Source of the DNA: Nemertoderma westbladi
Taxonomy: Eukaryota > Animalia > Xenacoelomorpha
Length of the DNA stretch: 64,000 bases
Reading direction: 5' to 3'
Assembly (NCBI GenBank): GCA_032718475.1
Contig: JAUCBJ010008482.1
Location: 1-64,000 of the forward strand
The notes under the pieces were generated by a model, which was not told the DNA's origin, did not search any database, and saw only the letters and a program-made list of their open reading frames with translations. Positions within the stretch are counted from its first letter, which is position 1, and the number at the start of each line of letters is the position of its first letter. The position numbers and the translations under genes were made by a program. Below, piece by piece: positions 45,060-57,637 of this stretch.

Positions 45060-45780
45060 GTGTAAATGTCTGTGAAAACTGTCTGTCTGTCTGTCTGAGA
45101 TGGTGTTTCTGCCTGGTTTGTCCGTTACAATATAACAAAAGCATTCTTTCTAGCTCAAAAGTTATGTTATGGGGGTTTTCCTGGTCGCTGATTTTATTCC
45201 AAACGTCAGTTTTCACTTTTAACGAAAACTTTTATTTCTCTATGTCTGTCTGTCTGTCAAAATATAAGGACATCATACCACCAACCTGAAACTTTATGTT
45301 TTGGTTTTTTTCGTCGCTGATTTCATTTCCGAAGTCAGTTTTCATTTTTAATGAAGTCTAATATGTCTGATTGTCGGTCTGGCTGTATATCCGTCTGTCA
45401 AAATATAAGGAATGCATTCCAACTAGATAAAAGTTGTGTTATGGGGTTATTCTAGCTGCTGTTTTCATTTCCGACGTCAGTTTTCACTTTTAACAAAACC
45501 TACTATGTTTGTCTGTCCGTTTTTCTGTCTGTCCTGAGATCTGTCTGTCATAGTAATAAGAATGCATACCAACTAGCTAAAAATTTTGTTATGGGGGTTT
45601 TCATGGTTGGTGATTTCATTCCCAATGTCAGTTTTCGTATTTGATGGGCGATTTTGAAGGGCAGGCAAACATGACTCTGTCAAATGAGTTACCTGACTGT
45701 AGAAATGAAATCACCGACCCGGAAAACCCTTGCTACAAAATATTCAGCGGGATTGTGTGCATTCTAACATTTCAATGGAC
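45060..45780. repeat. Diverged units of about 140-170 bp with (TCTG)n, DINE/HINE-like dispersed repeat
   Basis: Recurring CTGTCTGTCAAAATATAAGG...GTTATGGGG...TTTCATTTCC..GTCAGTTTTCAC. Confidence 0.55.
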
Positions 45781-46361
45781 AATAATAAATTAAATTTAAT
45801 GAAATTAAATTTCAAAATGCAAAGGCTTTTCTGAAAATGAACGAATTTGTGTGAAATTTGGCTCGAATGATGACTGGGTGATGCTTAACACCCCCTATTA
45901 GCATTTTTTTTAATTTTCATTGTTATAGCTGAAATATTTAACAAAATGTGTCAATTTTTTGGTCAAAAATGTCAAAATTTCGCAAAAAAAGTCGTTTTTT
46001 TTAAATAATTTTTGAACATACTCATTTATCAAAATTCTGGTCAAGCCATTCTGCACAAATGATGAAATTTTAAGCACTTGATGACCATCCCTCTAAGAGC
46101 CTTTGCATTTTAAATTACTGTTGCATAAATTATGTTAACTACTGTTGGTTAAAAAATTAAAAATTTCGAAAAATTTTTATCCATCTATCTATGCATTGTC
46201 AATAAATTTTGGTAAAACGAAGTCTCCTAAATAAAGGAAACAACATTTTTAGTTTAATAGTCAACCCCCCCCCCCCCCCCCCCCCCCAAACAAAACTATT
46301 GTATTCCAATATGTTCTGAACTTAATCAATCCTTAATGATCCACTCCATTTCCTTTTCTAG

Positions 46362-46708
46362 GCGACCAATCACAACGATCCTTAGATGATTCAGTCATGC
46401 TCACTTACGACAATGACGTAACACCCGGAAGTATAAATAATTCCTTCGACCAACATGGTCCCTCTGGGATTCCAACCTGGGACAGCTGTGATACTTGTGG
46501 TAAGGTGTTCGCAAGGAACAGCTACCTAATTGCACATAAACGGACCCACACCGGTGAACGTCCATACCAATGCGATATCTGCCACAATCGTTTCTTTCAA
46601 CTAAGCCACCTAACCGTGCATAGTCGAATGCACAGTGGTGAGAGACCGTATAACTGCTATGAGTGTCCAAAAAGTTTCTCTCACCTAAGCAACCTAACAA
46701 AAGCGTAA
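46362..46708 (+). pseudogene. C2H2 zinc-finger exon; third finger truncated by a stop
   Basis: TTTCCTTTTCTAG acceptor. Fingers CDTCGKVF..HKRTH-TGERPY-CDICHNRF..HSRMH-SGERPY, then CYECPKSF..LTKA* which lacks both His ligands. Confidence 0.7.
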
Positions 46709-48780
46709 AAAAATAAAGCGTAAGATAGATTTTGGGTGGATTATATTGATTTGTAATATTCTTATAAATATTTGCTTTTTTTACGCCCTTTGCGGCCAGA
46801 GACAAAATTTATATTTTTTACTTAAAATGCCACACCTTTGATATGCCTTATTTTTAGAAGTTGTATGTTTTAACCTGTTTTTTGGAATAAGAGAAAAAAT
46901 CGAGCAGCGCCAGAAGTAACTAAGGAGCACAATGGGAAATATAGGAATAATAGTTGAATTAAGCGGGGTGACTGAATAACGAGTAACAGAAATCACAATA
47001 GTAATGGAGTAAGTACAATAGATCGGTCAGCAGCGCATGGCTAGTTTTATTTCGCCTTTATCTCCCCTGTAAATATCAAAATATATCCGATCGTGGAGAA
47101 CTGTATATATACGTATTAAAACTCGTGCTTAACTAGGGAAAACAAAGTCATCTAGGGGTAGCGCATAATCCTTCAATCAAGGCGAAACGCAACCAAACTA
47201 GAGTAAATAGTAGGTAACCACAAATAAGATAGGTGATAATAAAATTGCTACAAAAAAATTCTGAACAAACAAAAACAAGCAAATAAAGCCTGGTGCGACC
47301 CACTAGATGTTGCAGCCTCTCAGAATATTTTAACTAATGTCACTGACACATCCGACAAGACTCGTCTCCTAGCCTCAGTGGCAGACCATGCAGGTGCAGG
47401 TGGCACTAGTCTAGGAGTTCAACTGCCGCGACACCTTATCGCCTTCCCACCTCCCAGCAACATCAATCTATGCTGGAGCTGCAGCTTCCAATGCCGAAAC
47501 TTTAAAGGCAAATAATAAGTACACAGACCTGCAGCACAACCACCACTTTGCCACCATCATCGCCTTCGAAACACTCAGCCACATTGGCTGCGAAGGTACC
47601 AGGATACTCGGGAGGTCGGTCAAGTACATTACTACAGTACATATTAATAGTTTAATCAATTAATTTGTCAAGTACATTACTACAGTACATATTAATAGTT
47701 TAATCAATTAATTTGTCAAGTACGTTACTACAGTTTAATCAATTAATTTGTTAACGTTGCACTACAGTACATAGCAGAAAGGAATGTTACGATGGATAAT
47801 ATGTATTACAATCTTAATTAATAGTTACGAAACAACACAATAAATTAAATTTAGGATATTCGTTTTCTTAAGTAAATAATATATTTTAAGCGCAATAAAG
47901 TAACTGCTACTGCAGCAACACTGTACTTCCCCTTCAAAACTGTGTAATAAGTATTGATATTGAGGCTTTCTGTTACAACCTATTGTACTCTCTTGGCGAT
48001 GTTCCAATATAGTCTAACAGTAGTGGATGGGTCGACTAAAGGGAAGTTAATTCAATAGAGGCTGTTTCAAAAAATATGGTTGACCTTATTTCATTGCAGT
48101 TTTAACTAATAATAGAGGCTCAAATATCAGTGTAGTACATCGAGATCAATTGGCAATTTAGCAACTTGAAGGGGAGGAGTAGTCGTACTTTTGCGCTATT
48201 ATAGTAGTAGAGATAGAGCGCATTTTTTAGAACCAGAAAAAGTGAATTTTGGAAAAATGCAACTTGCGGTCTTTTTACATTGCACGGCAGAGATGTGGTG
48301 AACATTAGAATTAGGCACTGTACAAAGTATACTGTTACTGAATCCATAGGCTGCTAATAATACTGCGTCGTGGAACTGTACATTGTGGCAATATTATTTA
48401 CTGGATAATCGATAAGTAATGTTTAAAGATTTGGAATCCAAATGAGAGGCTAGCCATATGTATCAACAAATACTTATGAGATACCAAAATCTATAGCAGA
48501 GAGGTCGAGAGCTCATTGAGGTCGGTATGAGCAGGGAGGGTACCGAGCACAGGGCATTGCCTCACACAATGGCCATCCAAATTAATTGATTAAACTGTAG
48601 TAACGTACTTGACAAATTAACTGATTAAACAATAATGATGGTTTCGTTATTGGATTTAAAGAAATAATGATGGATTCAGTGTGCTCAAAATTACGAAGGT
48701 GTACTAAATGCGGTATGCCTGTCAAAGGTCACCCTGTCCCATGTGGTTCCTAGTGCCAGCTTACTTACGATTAAACGGAA

Positions 48781-49265
48781 ATGGGACGTCATCTGGAAGC
48801 TCAGCAGATGGTGAAGAATCGGCGTAAAATGAAAGAGAGAACTTCGAGCAAACGACCATCGGCCTTAATAAAGAATAGACAAAAGAAAAAGCAACCTTCG
48901 GCATTACTAAAAGATAGACTCAGGAAAAAGCAACCTGACAGTTTGAAAAAAGCGAGAAATCGAGCGAAAAATCCAGCAGCAATGACAAAGTCTAGGGGTC
49001 GAAATCAAACAACAGAAGCGTTAGCCAAAGCCCAGAAAAGGGCACATAGAGACAGAAATAAAAAGAATTCAACAAATATAAAGTCGCTTGGTCTAAACAG
49101 GGAAACCCCCCACCTGAGTGCTTCCCCACGGAACTATCAGTTTAAATCATATCAAAGACCCACCAGACGGGCTACAAGAGTTATTCAGTGCGAAGACGGG
49201 AAGATCCAGACAATTTATTGAAAATATCCGTTCATACAACGGATTGGTATCAATGGCCTCCAAGA
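48781..49265 (+). pseudogene. Helitron Rep/helicase N-terminal fragment (frameshifted)
   Basis: Basic repeats followed by CFPHGTISLNHIKDPPDGLQELF..SRQFIENIRSYNGLVSMAS, the Helitron PP..L..L...F..NIR.YN...AS motif. Confidence 0.75.
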
Positions 49266-49454
49266 ACATACAGAATACATGTACATGTAGATTTATAGAT
49301 AATATTTGTACCGTATTGCTTATACACATGTATAATGGGCTACACAGAGTATACAACAACTACCACCATTGATAGATAACGAATAAATATAGTCTCAGAG
49401 ATCTCTGTAACTACGGTGATGTCCTTATAGTAGAGTTGTTAGTCTTCTAGCAAA

Positions 49455-49568
49455 TCAACAGAGCCTGTTGCATCTAAACACATTGATAACTTGTGAAAAT
49501 TCCATTACACTACATTCATTGAATCGATTAAAGCATTCTTCTATAACTTCTTTGTAAGTAGGTACGAA
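49455..49568 (-). CDS. Secreted Cys-rich preproprotein, coding exon 2
   Basis: GTTATGTTTCTAG acceptor, phase 0; translates FVPTYKEVIEECFNRFNECSVMEFSQVINVFRCNRLC*; a homologous exon lies at 63203. Confidence 0.65.
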   Translation of the reverse strand, partial: FVPTYKEVIEECFNRFNECSVMEFSQVINVFRCNRLC

Positions 49569-49821
49569 CTAGAAACATAACAACAAACCCATTTGTTATC
49601 ACAATCCTATCATATACTGTATTGTATATACTGAAATTCCTAATTAATATAATCTAATAATATATGAATAATACTTTTATAAATACTGCTGCCGTTCTAT
49701 TTATTGTAGTTTGAAAAATAATAATTCTCTAAAGCAGATTAATTCTAGGGCGACATTAATTTCATCGTAATTAGTATTACTACTAGGTCGAGCGAACTCG
49801 GACAGTGGAAATAAGATCCTT

Positions 49822-51530
49822 CCTACTACTAGGATCGGCATGCTGCATTGCAGCTGCATTTTTAAGAATGCTGTGCCGGCTTGTCAACAAAATTGCACCG
49901 CCACAACTCCCTATCACCCATGACATTTGCTAGATCATCCGCATCTTCAAGGCCAGTGTCCTTTAAGATGCGTCTCAAGAAAGTCATGGGCTGTCCACCA
50001 TGCTTATTCACTCCATGAGGCTGCCAAAGTACAAGATTATGCACTGGCTGGTCCTCACGGCGTAAGCAATGTCCTGCAAAGCGGAGGCGATTTTGTTCTA
50101 GTGTCAAGTTTGGGGAATCCAATGAGACACCTCCAATGTTATATAGTGACTGGTTGGAGATGTGTGCATTGTACTTGACACAATGAACCCGGCGTAGCAT
50201 TCTTGTGAATGTGCCATCCAGAGATTTGGTGTCCTCAGCAGTTAGAGCCCAGCATGGACTCACATAAAAGAGTACTGGAACTACTGCTGCTCTAAATAAT
50301 CGGAACTTAAGTTTCCGATTAATTCTCGGTGACTTCCAAATCCTGGAAAGCCTATTCAAGGCTGCCCATGCCTTTCCCTTACGTATTCGAAGGTCCTCAC
50401 CTGACTTCCGGATCCATGATCCCAGGTAACAGAAGTCGTCCACATGCTCAAGCATACCATCCTTTGAGCTTATGCTCATCCGATCAGAGACTTGCTGAGG
50501 ACTTTCAAAGTTAACTGTCAAAATTTTGGTCTTTCTGGAGTTAATAAAAAGACCAACACTAGAAGCAGCATGTTCTAATGAGCTGAGGAGCCGTTGGGCT
50601 CCCTCTAGTGATTATGAGAATACTCCTAAGTCATCAGCAAAGTCTAGATCAGTTAGGTACTTGGCAGGATTTCCTCGACTTCTGGAGCCAGTAGGTGGAG
50701 TTATCATCACCCCATCATCATTATGATGATCTAAGGACATAGTCAACCACAATTATGAACAAGAATGGTGCAGGTGTGTCTCCCTGGAGGACGCCCCATA
50801 ACACTTCAAATGGATCTGTGTCACCGTCAACAGTATACACAAATGTTGTCGAACCATCGTATACTGATCTGATTGCTGCAATAATTTCATCAGGAATCCC
50901 ATATAATGAAAGTATGCTGAACATACGTGAGCGAGGGACTGAATCAAAGGCCTTGAAGTCAACAAAGATAACAGCCAGATGCCTGTCTTTCTTTTTGGAT
51001 AACTCTTCAAAGTGCCAAAATGGGCTCCATGGTCCCACGACCTTTACGGAACCCATTCTGATTTCCACGGATCAGTCTCTCAATGAGATCCCTGATGCGA
51101 TTTAATAAAATTCTATTGTACATATAGCTTTGCAGCAATCGAGATCAATGAGATTCCCCGAAAAGAACCATAGAGTGTTAGGTTGCCCTTCTTGGGAACT
51201 GGCACCAACTTATTTGTTTTAATTTCTTGTGGGACTCTTGTTGTTCGGTACATGTCTACTATGATGGGATAGATGACCTTTAAACACTCAGGTATTTTAA
51301 AGACCTCAGGGGGAACACCATCTACTCCACTGGCACGATTGGTCTTAATGCTCTTTGCAGCAGCCTTCACTTCTGCAAAGGAGATATCACCAATGGGAAT
51401 ATCTGGGAGTACAGACTCAGACACTTTTACTTCTATAAAGTTATCAGGCAATACCCTGTCATTATTGAGGAGCTTTTCAAAGTGGGCCTTCTAACCATTT
51501 AGGCGATGAGCTGGTGATTCAGCCTTAACC
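49822..51530 (-). mobile_element. Degenerate 5'-truncated RTE-clade LINE
   Basis: SFRGISLIS, FVDFKAFDS, GVLQGDTPAPFLF, DLDFADD, DFCYLGSWI, NRLRFAGHCLRR spread over several frames; (TAG)n tail near 49822. Confidence 0.9.
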
Positions 51531-51549
51531 TTGGTGGTTGGTTGGCTTC

Positions 51550-52025
51550 CTACCAGATCCTTCCCGGCTTCCGATTCTCCATAGTTGTCGCAATTTCGTT
51601 TCTCCCAAGTTCAGTATCCCTTTCAAGTTGATCTATATATGTTATGGCCGGACGTCCACGACTACGCTTTCCATGAGTTGGTTGCGAGAAAAGTAGATCT
51701 GGTATGACCTCGTCTTTACTTCGCCAGCAGTGCCCACTGAATCTTAATCTGCGTTCACGGAGGGTGGTGATACAGGCGGTATTGTACCATTGTACCATAA
51801 AGCTCGGCCTTTGTCATGTGTTGTCTCCAGCTGTTGTTTAGGGCTGCCCTTTGTAGTCTTGTGTAGCAACCATCAATTCGTTGTTCAAGTGATTTAGTCA
51901 CTGGCCAGGTCTCACCCCCGTATAAAATACACATTCCACTGTGACTCGAAAGAACTTAGTCTTCAGGTGCCTGGAGAGATCTGATTTCCATGGTATCCAT
52001 TTTTGATAGAGCTACCCAAGCCCAA
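51550..52025 (-). pseudogene. Second RTE-family 3' fragment
   Basis: RRLRFSGHCWRS...RGRPAITYIDQL. Confidence 0.8.
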
Positions 52026-52616
52026 TTAGTATTAATTGCAACATATTATTCAGATTATATTATACAACACTGTAGGCCCTACTGTATCTACTACTAGGAT
52101 CGGCATATGCTGCGTTGCAGCTGCATTTTCAAGAATGCTGTGCCGGCTTGTCGACAAAATTGCGCCGCCACAACTCCCTATCCCTATCATCCATGACATT
52201 TGCTAGATCATCCGCATCTTCGAGGCCAGTGTCATTTAAGATGCGTCTCAAGAAAGTTATGGGTTGTCCACCATACTTATTTAATTTAATTAATTTAATT
52301 TAATGTTTAATCCAGGCCCACTATGGCCCATAAAATACAGTAAAATCAGTAGTAAGTAAGTAGGTTAGACATAAGAGCACAAAAAAAAAATGACGGTAAT
52401 TAATTAGCTAATAATAATAATTATGAACAGACAATACTAAATAACGTAAATTAAGGGAATACCTGCCCGAGCCGGGAATAGTACACACACACACAATGTC
52501 GAAAAACTGAATAAACAATACACAACAATATTAAAAATACAATATTACGTAATACAATAATTATATTCTGTATAAAATAATTCTGAATAATATTACAAAG
52601 TACAATATATAATCTA

Positions 52617-55554
52617 TTAAACTGCACCGGCACCAATTATACGGCTGGAGTGAAAAGTAGTAAGTGCTACTGTTTGGACTATCTCATTCTCTGATGAACT
52701 CACACGGCGCAACAAGGACTGTCGAGCATTGTAAAGGATATGAACTAGTTTTGGCAGGTTAAGTACCCCACACATGTAAGATACACTACAATCATATTTG
52801 AAACCAAAAAGCTTCCTAATTATATTATTATATGCAACATTGAATCTGTCATAAATAGAAATGCTGTAATTACGCCTAGCCCAAAGAGATATGCAGTAAA
52901 CTTGAGAGCAGAAAGAGCGAAAAAGCCTAACTTTAACAGATTGAGAGCAGTGATAGAACTTCCTAATTAAAAAATTTCCCCGCCGGTAAAGACTTGATAG
53001 TTGATTCAGTATGTCAGAGCTATCATCAGTTGTACTGTGGAATATGTGACCTAAGTACTTGTATTTACTTACTGTTTCAAGAACCCTACCATTAATCAAA
53101 ATAATATCTACGAGAGTATTTTTGTAAGACTTTGGTATGAAATACATGAACTTTGACTTCTTTACATTAATAACTATTGAGTGCCTATCTGCGTAGTCTG
53201 AGTATGTAGCTATAAGTTTCTTAAGTCCGTAAATAGAGTTTGAAACCAAACTAAGGTCATCTGCATACATTAAATGGTTACAGCGCTTATTATTTAATTG
53301 ACATCCTACGTTACTCTGGTTAAGTTCAATAATTAAGTCGTCCATATACAGTGCATATAAGTAACCTGATAAGATACCCCCCTGTTTCGTCCCGTTAGTT
53401 ACATTAAACCTACATGAAGTGCACCCGCCCCACCTAACTGCCAAACTTTGAAACCTATACCAGTACCTAATTAACCTAATATAAAATAACGGAATTTCGC
53501 GCTTTATTAACTTAGAAAGCAGCTTGTAATGATTAACTAAATCAAAAGCTTTAGATGAATCAATAAAACAAACGTAAACTAGACTGTCGTTATCTAAATA
53601 GTAAGATTATTTCTTTTAAAGTATATACACAGAGTTCCGTGCCTAATTTATCTTTGAAACCGAATTGTGAATCAGATGTGTTAAGTTTTTCCTTAAATCT
53701 ACTCAGATATACTAGTTCTAGAATTTTACTACTTATATTTGCTAATGCTATCCCTCTGTAATTATCAAAACTTGTAATGTCATCATTCTTATCCTTTACA
53801 ATGGGCAGAATGTTACATCGCATGAGGTCATCAGAGACATAGCCGTGGATATTGGCAATGGTATAAAATATCGCTAAGTGAGAAAACAAACCAGCCGTAC
53901 CATTGGTGTAATGCTCACTGACCAGACCATCAGGTCCAACTTTACCAGGGGATAAGTTATCTACAGCCAATGCGATTTCAACAGAAGTAATGGTCATTCG
54001 TTTATCGTATTTAATACCCTTAAAAGCATTCTCTACCATCTCTTTGTCAGAGTCGCTGTTAACTTTATTATACAAATTAGAGAACTTTTCGTGGAATAAA
54101 TTGCAAATGTCCTCCTCTCCAATTGCGTTACCAACTTTACTAGACTGAGGAACTTTCGTATTACAGTGTTTTTTAACATTTTTCCAGAAATCGTTTTGTT
54201 TCTCAGAATACAGCGACTCTGCAAGTTTATCAGCACGTAACTTACTGTCATTGCGCTTACACTGCTTTAGAGCACGTTTAAACTCAAATTTCGAATGTAT
54301 ATATTCATAGAAAATTGGTCCGGCTCGGGGGCACCCATTCATTCTCCAAATGCGGAAAAATAATCTTGATTCCTGATATTTATCTTTCAGGAATTCATTC
54401 CATCCAGGAGTAGGCTGAAAGCTCTTGTTAGAGTTGTTCAGTCCTCTCATTATTGGAATAGTACGCTCAGCAGCACATTGAGCGGCATTTAAAATATCGG
54501 TATAATATTTGTCAATATCAGCTCTGTGTGAGCTATTCTCACATTGAGCGTCAGTACAATCGCAAACACTAAATGGTTTTGAAATATTATTCAACAAACT
54601 ATTTAAAACTAATTTATATTCATTGATATTTGCCGCGGTTGCCTTACTCCAATCACATTTCTTTGTTTCAACATAACAACATTTATTATCAATTGGTATA
54701 CTATAGTTCGTAGATGGTAAATGTTCTACTTTTAAATCAAAATTGCAGGTCATAGGCATGTGATCATCAACAACCTGATTATAATCAATAGCAATTGATG
54801 ATAGCAGCGGAGCTACGCTACCAGAACAAATTATATGGTCCAGCCAGGAGTTGGTGTTGTGGGCCGCGCTCACGAACGTAAACGAGTCAGATGGAAGAGA
54901 TACTATATCGCACATACACATATTAATTTCATTGCACCATGAATCTAAAAAACGCATATATCTTGAATTTATGTCAGCATTAAAGTCTCCTATCACCACA
55001 CAATGTGAAGTAGATTCACAGTCGATAATACTACTAAGTGTACCGAGAACTTCTAGAAAATCGTCATCATTGTCGGCGCACTCGTACGGCATATATGTAT
55101 TTAAAAACAATACAGATAAACCATCGTTAGTGTTTAGACGGAGACCAATAATTCTAGAACTATAATCAATAACAGTAATGACAGATGCTAAGCTTCTTTT
55201 ATATAAGAAGCCCACACCGCCATACGGTCTACCGATTAGAATGCCATGGCTATAGTCTACTGGTGAAGTTCCTCTACCGATATACCGGTCGTCAGGGTCA
55301 TCTAAACTATTCAAGACCCCTATTTCCTGGTCTGGCAGCATGTGCTCTTGTAAGCATATTATATCAGTAGAAGCATTACATAAATTCTTTATTACAGCTC
55401 TCGAAGTTGCAGTTCGCACAGAGTTACAGTTATACGTAGCAACTGAGAGATTTGGTGCAAGATTCGAAGTTACACTTGCCATTGATATAATGAATAGAAA
55501 CGTATAGATATAAAAATTAGCCATAGTTGAAATATATGCACTAAAAACAATCAA
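52617..55554 (-). pseudogene. LINE ORF2 (APE + RT) with a frameshift near 53600
   Basis: TYNCNS, CLQEH, GRPYGG, GDFNAD, WLDHI, NYRGIAL, QFGFK; then FIDSSKAFD, GTKQGGILS, YADD, KYLG. Confidence 0.9.
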
Positions 55555-55713
55555 AATATAAATTCAGTTATAAAAAAAATAAACTATCTATATACAATAT
55601 ATTATATACACTAAATATTATGTTCAAAAAATAGGTTTTGTTATATAATATTATTATATACAATTAACCTGCCGCTTATTAGATCCGTTCGCAGTTGAGT
55701 TGAGATGCATTAA

Positions 55714-57037
55714 CTAGCTAGCGGTTGTCTCTGTGTTATCACTGACGATAACACTCTGTTCCACTTCGCCACCATCGGTTGCCTGTGGAGGAGACTGAGA
55801 GGCCTGAGAGGGTGTCTTCACCGGAGCAGACGAAACATTTACTTTATTGCCGCCGCTGCGGAAAGTACCGACTGGGCGGGGACGATCTACGAACTCTCTG
55901 ACACGGCAGTAGAGAGGCCATTTACTGGGAGGGCAGAAGGTCGTTGAACTCTCCAAGTTTACAGGAAACGAGAAACGATCTGAAATACGAGTTGTCTTTA
56001 CCGAACTGTCGACATTTCACATCGTATGACAACACATCCTTCACGTACGATATTATCATATCCTCAGAGACGTCCAGCGCACACCCAGAAAGAAGAATCT
56101 TTTTCAACGGTTGCACTGTTCCGAATGCGCGACTGTTGGAGGTACCGAGAACGAATCCGCTTTGACTGCGAGTTAGGTACCTCTTCTCGTTTCTTAGTCT
56201 GAGATTTCCGTTTCTTTTCCAACGACTTGCGATGTACATCGACCCATGGGCCAGTGTAAACCCTCTCTTCGTCATCGCTGTCACTGGAATAATCAGCAAT
56301 AGTTTCTGTACCGGAAGATACTCCGGCTCTGTCAGAACGGCTTCTAACAGTATTGCTCGTATCTTGGATCACTTTTGGAGTTTCTTTATTTTTGCGCTTT
56401 CCCTTTCCGGTTCCGCTCACACGAAACTTCAAAGCGTCTTGGAAATAGCTGCGTAACTTGGGATAGATTGCTGGTTGTTAATGCCGGTATTCTCAGTGAC
56501 TGGTGTGGCCGGACTCGGATTGGTGACCAGGAGCATAGCGTCACGGTCGTGTTCCAAGACCGCCACTCTGTCCTGCATACCACTGATCATATTGAGTAAG
56601 AACAGTAAATCAGCGTCAGTTGTGGAAAACGGAGGAATCTCTCCAAGATCAAGGGGAACAAATATGGGCCTGGGTTCAATCGACTGAAATCCAGGCCATT
56701 CGAACATATCAACTATGTCTGAGACGATGTTTCGCCGCATATTTTCGCCTTGATGACGCATCTTAGCGAAATCATTCTTGGATAGACTACGATCACCAGG
56801 GGCAGATGAAGTGAGTAATCCGAGCAGCGTCGCCTTGGCACCCTTTAGCGACGCGTCAGAGAAGCGAGGCCAAGGAACGACAACTGATTGTACGGAGTTC
56901 TTATGGTGTATGGCAACCTCTGGAGTGGGATGTCCAGATGTATGCAAGTATGTTGTCTGCAACATGACAGCAGTCTGGCAGTGTTCCTTAGAACACGCTG
57001 CGGCCATGATACCGATAATGGACTCAACTAATCGCAA
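55714..57037 (-). pseudogene. LINE ORF1, broken across frames
   Basis: Overlapping ORFs 56429-57037, 56064-56432, 55922-56299 and 55714-55956; ORF1-like coiled coil, SYAA motif, RRM-like SFLVS..WP..VREF. Confidence 0.7.
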
Positions 57038-57439
57038 ATAACTTAATAAAAAAAAATGTAGGCACTCAGTACAGTATTCAGTACAGTAGTCAGGCAGTAT
57101 AGGCCTACTGCAGTACTGCAGTATGTTTAGAACAACTTCTATATCAGTCAGTCAGTCAGTAATAATATCAAATTCAATCCAATGATCAAATCCAATGAAT
57201 TAAACAAAGTCCTCCTTATTCACTCCATGAGGCCGCCAAAGCACATGCTATATACACCTACTATATACTTAGATATCCCCTCTTAGTGACCTTTACTATA
57301 GAGGAGCTCCTTTACAATAATTATTGTTTGAACTACACACTGTACTGTATACTTAAAGTAAATTCAGTTCATGTAGTTTGCTATCACAAACTGTATCCCA
57401 TTGACGTTAATAAATCTATCGGGGCTTCTATATACTAAC

Positions 57440-57637
57440 CTCCGTGCAGCAGGTCCTAGGCGATTCCATACTGTCTTCATATTTCTCCTTATCTCCTTCG
57501 CTCCAACTTCCCCGCTTAGATCGCACCTTCAGAAATCCATCAGCCTCGGATTTCGCTACACCATGGTTTGGAAGTTTCGCGCCAAGGGTCAAACAGATGT
57601 TTAACAGAACGATACATAATATCAACTTAAAGTGCAT
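57440..57637 (-). CDS. Secreted Cys-rich preproprotein, coding exon 1 (signal peptide, propeptide, RSKR site)
   Basis: MHFKLILCIVLLNICLTLGA-KLPNHGVAKSEADGFLKVRSKR-GSWSEGDKEKYEDSMESPRTCCTE, then a phase-0 donor GAG|GTTAGT. Confidence 0.7.

Larger units (their letters stand above)
52282..57214 (-). mobile_element. Near full-length two-ORF LINE (Proto2/RTEX-like), frameshifted, inserted in a short RTE 3' fragment
   Basis: TSD CTTATT (52276-52281, 57215-57220) splits an RTE piece that resumes CACTCCATGAGG; (TAAAT)n tail; ORF1 and APE-RT ORF2. The clade assignment is from remembered motifs. Confidence 0.85.
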
